Shown: positions 61,401 through 64,000 of the stretch, in pieces
Layout of the letters: each line of letters starts with the position of its first letter
How positions within the stretch are numbered: position 1 is the first letter of the stretch
Source of the DNA: Cyanophora paradoxa CCMP329
Taxonomy: Eukaryota; Plantae; Glaucophyta
Length of the DNA stretch: 64,000 bases
Assembly: GCA_004431415.1 (NCBI GenBank)
Contig: QPMI01000398.1
Coordinates: forward strand, 8,431-72,430
Reading direction: 5' to 3'
Position numbers and translations under genes: made by a program
The notes under the pieces: generated by a model
The model's database searches: none
Seen by the model: the letters and a program-made list of their open reading frames with translations, nothing else
Told to the model about the DNA's origin: nothing

Positions 61401-62999
61401 GCCGGAGAGTACTACGGTTTTAATGTCTTGAACGTATTTATAGACTCTAGGTCTCATAGTGACTATGAATGCTTATAGTGACAGGTTCAGACCGAATGGG
61501 GCGACTCCCCCAATGTGGTATTGGATCAGGGCTTCGTGTATGAGTATCTGGTCCTGCGCGTTTTCCGGGCAGATTATGCCGGGTTCGCGGTTATCACGGT
61601 ATGTGCGGAGCTTATGGAGGCGGGCATGACACCAGCACTGTGTATCTCGCCATTCGGGCGCATTCTGGAGACGTCGTTGGGGTCCAGCCGGTATGGTTGG
61701 CCCTGTCTCGGCTGCAAAATGCTGGGTCAAAAATGCTGCAAAATGCTGGGTCAAAATGCTGGGTCAGTGGAAGCATCCGAACTTTATGTCTTGCGCGTAT
61801 GCGGGGCCAGGGTTGGAGGGCCCTGCCCCTCCAGACCGCGTGCTGATCTCCGCCAGCCTCTCATCAGATCTCCGCGGCTATTCGTGGAATGTAACGAGCA
61901 CGTACGGTTCCTTCGGCTAAGTGCTCAAAGGAAGGCGCGGCTCCTCGCTTTCGGCCGTAGTCTCCGATGCAGGAGGGGCGGGATCCGCACCGGGGGGGAG
62001 GGGGGAGGGGATCCGTAGTCTCCAATGCAGGTGAGGGGGGGGGGGGGAGGAGGCTGGGGGAGGGGGGGGGGGGGGCCCGCGGGGGGGTAGGCCCTTGGAG
62101 CTGGGGGGTGCCCCCTTCCGGGAAGCCTCGCCGTGAGCCCCCTCGCCTCCAGTGCCCTCGGTCTCCGCAGGCTCCGTCTCCTCGCCCGACGTCGCCGCTC
62201 CCCCCTTCCGGCGCTAGGCCGCGGCGACCGCAGAGGCACCGATCCGCCCCGTGTTCCCGGCTGACTCAATCGCGTGAAGCTTCTCCTCCAGGGCGGCACT
62301 GCGGGTGAATAAGCCACGAAGCGGTGCGTGCCCACGAATGCCCAGGTATGCACGCACATTGAATGCTTCCGGAACTGTGTCAGCGTCTCGTCCTGCGGGT
62401 TCTTGTCGAAGACCTCGGAAGCCGTCTCTGCTCGCGCCTGCTGCGCCTTGAGCGCCGGATCTGCAGCGCCCGCGGCTGCAATCGCCTCCTCGGAAGCCGT
62501 CTCTGCTCGCGCCTGCTGCGCCGGCGCGCGCGCGCGTGTCCACCGCTTTCGCATGCGCGTCATGCGTCTTCCCGCTGAAGACGCCCTCCGTGTCGCCGCC
62601 CGCCTTCAGCCACTCAATATGAGCGTACGTGGTGGGCTTAAGCTTCTTCCTCCGTGTCTGCCCTGCTTCTTCGTCGTCCTCGTCCTCGTCCCTCGCGTTC
62701 CTGCGGGGCTTCTTGCGAGCGACCTGCGCATCCGTCGACCCCGCGCATCTGTTCTGGCGCTGTCCTGGCGCGTTGCCGCGGCTGCTAGCCTTCGGCATTG
62801 CTAGCTAAGCTGCCCGACCCTGGTGCTGATCGGCTCCTGCATTCCGCCTGCTAGTCGAGGGCCTCGAGGCTAGGTATGCGAGCCCGAATATTAATACGCG
62901 TACGGATCATCATTCCTAGACCCCCGCGCGCCAAGTCACGCTTTACACCCCCCAAAATAAGTTGGTGGCCTTCGGCCAAAAGTTCGGCGCAAGCCGTTG

Positions 63000-63185
63000 T
63001 GGCTTGAGCTATGAGCTTAGGCTTGAGCCACGAAGCTTGATGGGCTCTTCGTTGAGCTTGAGCTAGAGCTCAACGAGCTTGAGCTAAAGCTTAACGAGCT
63101 CGAGCTATAGCTTAACGAGCTTGAGCTATAGCTCAACGAGCTTGTTCACGAGCTTGATCATCCAGCTGCGGCTTGAGCTTGTTAG
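63000..63185. repeat. AGCT-rich 21-bp tandem repeat
   Basis: gagcttgagctatagctcaac-like unit about 4 times at ~63054-63143, with degenerate flanks. Confidence 0.8.
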
Positions 63186-63748
63186 TTCCGAGTTGAATTA
63201 GTTCCGAGTACCCCACCCTCGCGATCGATGTCCGCGCTCCTCTCCTGGCGCGTGGGGGCGACTTTGATGATGTTGCGCATCAACTACATCCTCATTGGAC
63301 TCGCGAACATCGATATCGGAGTCCCCCGCGCTTCTGTATTGAGCGTCGTGCTGAGCGACACATTCGCGATCAGATGGTTCTTAGTGATCATGCTGTTTTT
63401 GAAGCCGGAGTCGCATTTCGACGACGTATTTTCAAGTTTTGAGAAAATGGTCTGGAGATATGAATCTTCTCCACCTTTTTAGCGTCTTTGCGGGGCGTGC
63501 AATACGTTCCTTGTGCAGCGAGACGTACGAACAGAACTTTGTATGAGAGCCAGGAACTTAGAATCAATTAACGGCTTGCGCCGAAAACTTGTACTACGTG
63601 ACTCGGATAGTCAGGCTATCTAGCTATAGGTGCTACAACGGTCTGACAACACGCCATGGGGTAAGTCTTCCCTCAGGCCGCGAAAGACATACGTATACTA
63701 GTACAACGAATTCTCGTCCACGGAGTCCGACATCCGATCGTGCCTAAA

Positions 63749-64000
63749 ATGTCGGACGGTGGCAAGGGAAGCGAGCCAAGCCGAACGGCCGCGGGCCGGG
63801 GGGGCCATTTCATGCGCCCGATGGCGCTCACCGACTGCAAGTACTTCGCGCGTGGGTCCTGCAACCGTGGGGTGCTCGCGATCTGACGCGCGCTGACGCG
63901 GTGCACTGACGCGGAACGCAGGGTGCTGGAGGTCCTCCGTGCAAGTTCAGGCACCAGGCGGGCGTCCCGAAGATCTGCACTAAGTGGCTGAAAGGGCGCT
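63749..64000 (+). CDS. CCCH zinc-finger protein, 5' part (runs off window)
   Basis: MSDGGKG...DCKYFARGSCNRG-(intron)-GAGGPPCKFRHQAGVPKICTKWLKGR; tandem CCCH pattern reminiscent of the ZC3H11A N-terminus. Confidence 0.65.

Noticed and set aside
61925-62798. Frameshifted hypothetical ORF with QQARAETASE duplication
   Set aside because: Possibly coding, but no motif, splice or family support sufficient to call.

Overview
Eukaryotic genomic window, not prokaryotic. Positions 1 to ~16.8 kb are an AT-richer, intron-less endogenous Polinton/Maverick-like DNA virus whose left end runs off the window. It encodes protein-primed PolB, an rve-type integrase, an A32-like packaging ATPase, a double jelly-roll MCP, two divergent minor capsid (penton) genes, a patatin phospholipase fused to a discoidin-like domain, and a >1509-codon phage-tail-fibre-like ORF (minus strand, ATG 4529) that the ORF track missed. 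Four viral genes are each split by one missing base, which looks like long-read error, so the provirus may be intact. The rest is GC-rich host DNA with short spliceosomal introns, probably a glaucophyte alga (inferred from a plastid FKBP19-like precursor with an N-terminal AAFV motif plus a flagellar CDKL kinase). It contains a Gag-like zinc-knuckle-only element and a 7.2-kb block present twice (bacterial-type DOMON-like gene, CDKL kinase, FKBP, TIR gene). It also holds a spliced LRR-SAM-TIR gene with a SARM1-like TIR, intact catalytic Glu and C-terminal CaaX box, a duplicated OB-fold gene fragment, a ~9-kb APE-RT-RNaseH LINE that truncates the second TIR copy, a related retroelement tail interrupted by a TA-duplicating DNA transposon, and the start of a CCCH zinc-finger gene. 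All family assignments come from motif recognition by eye; no database searches were run.
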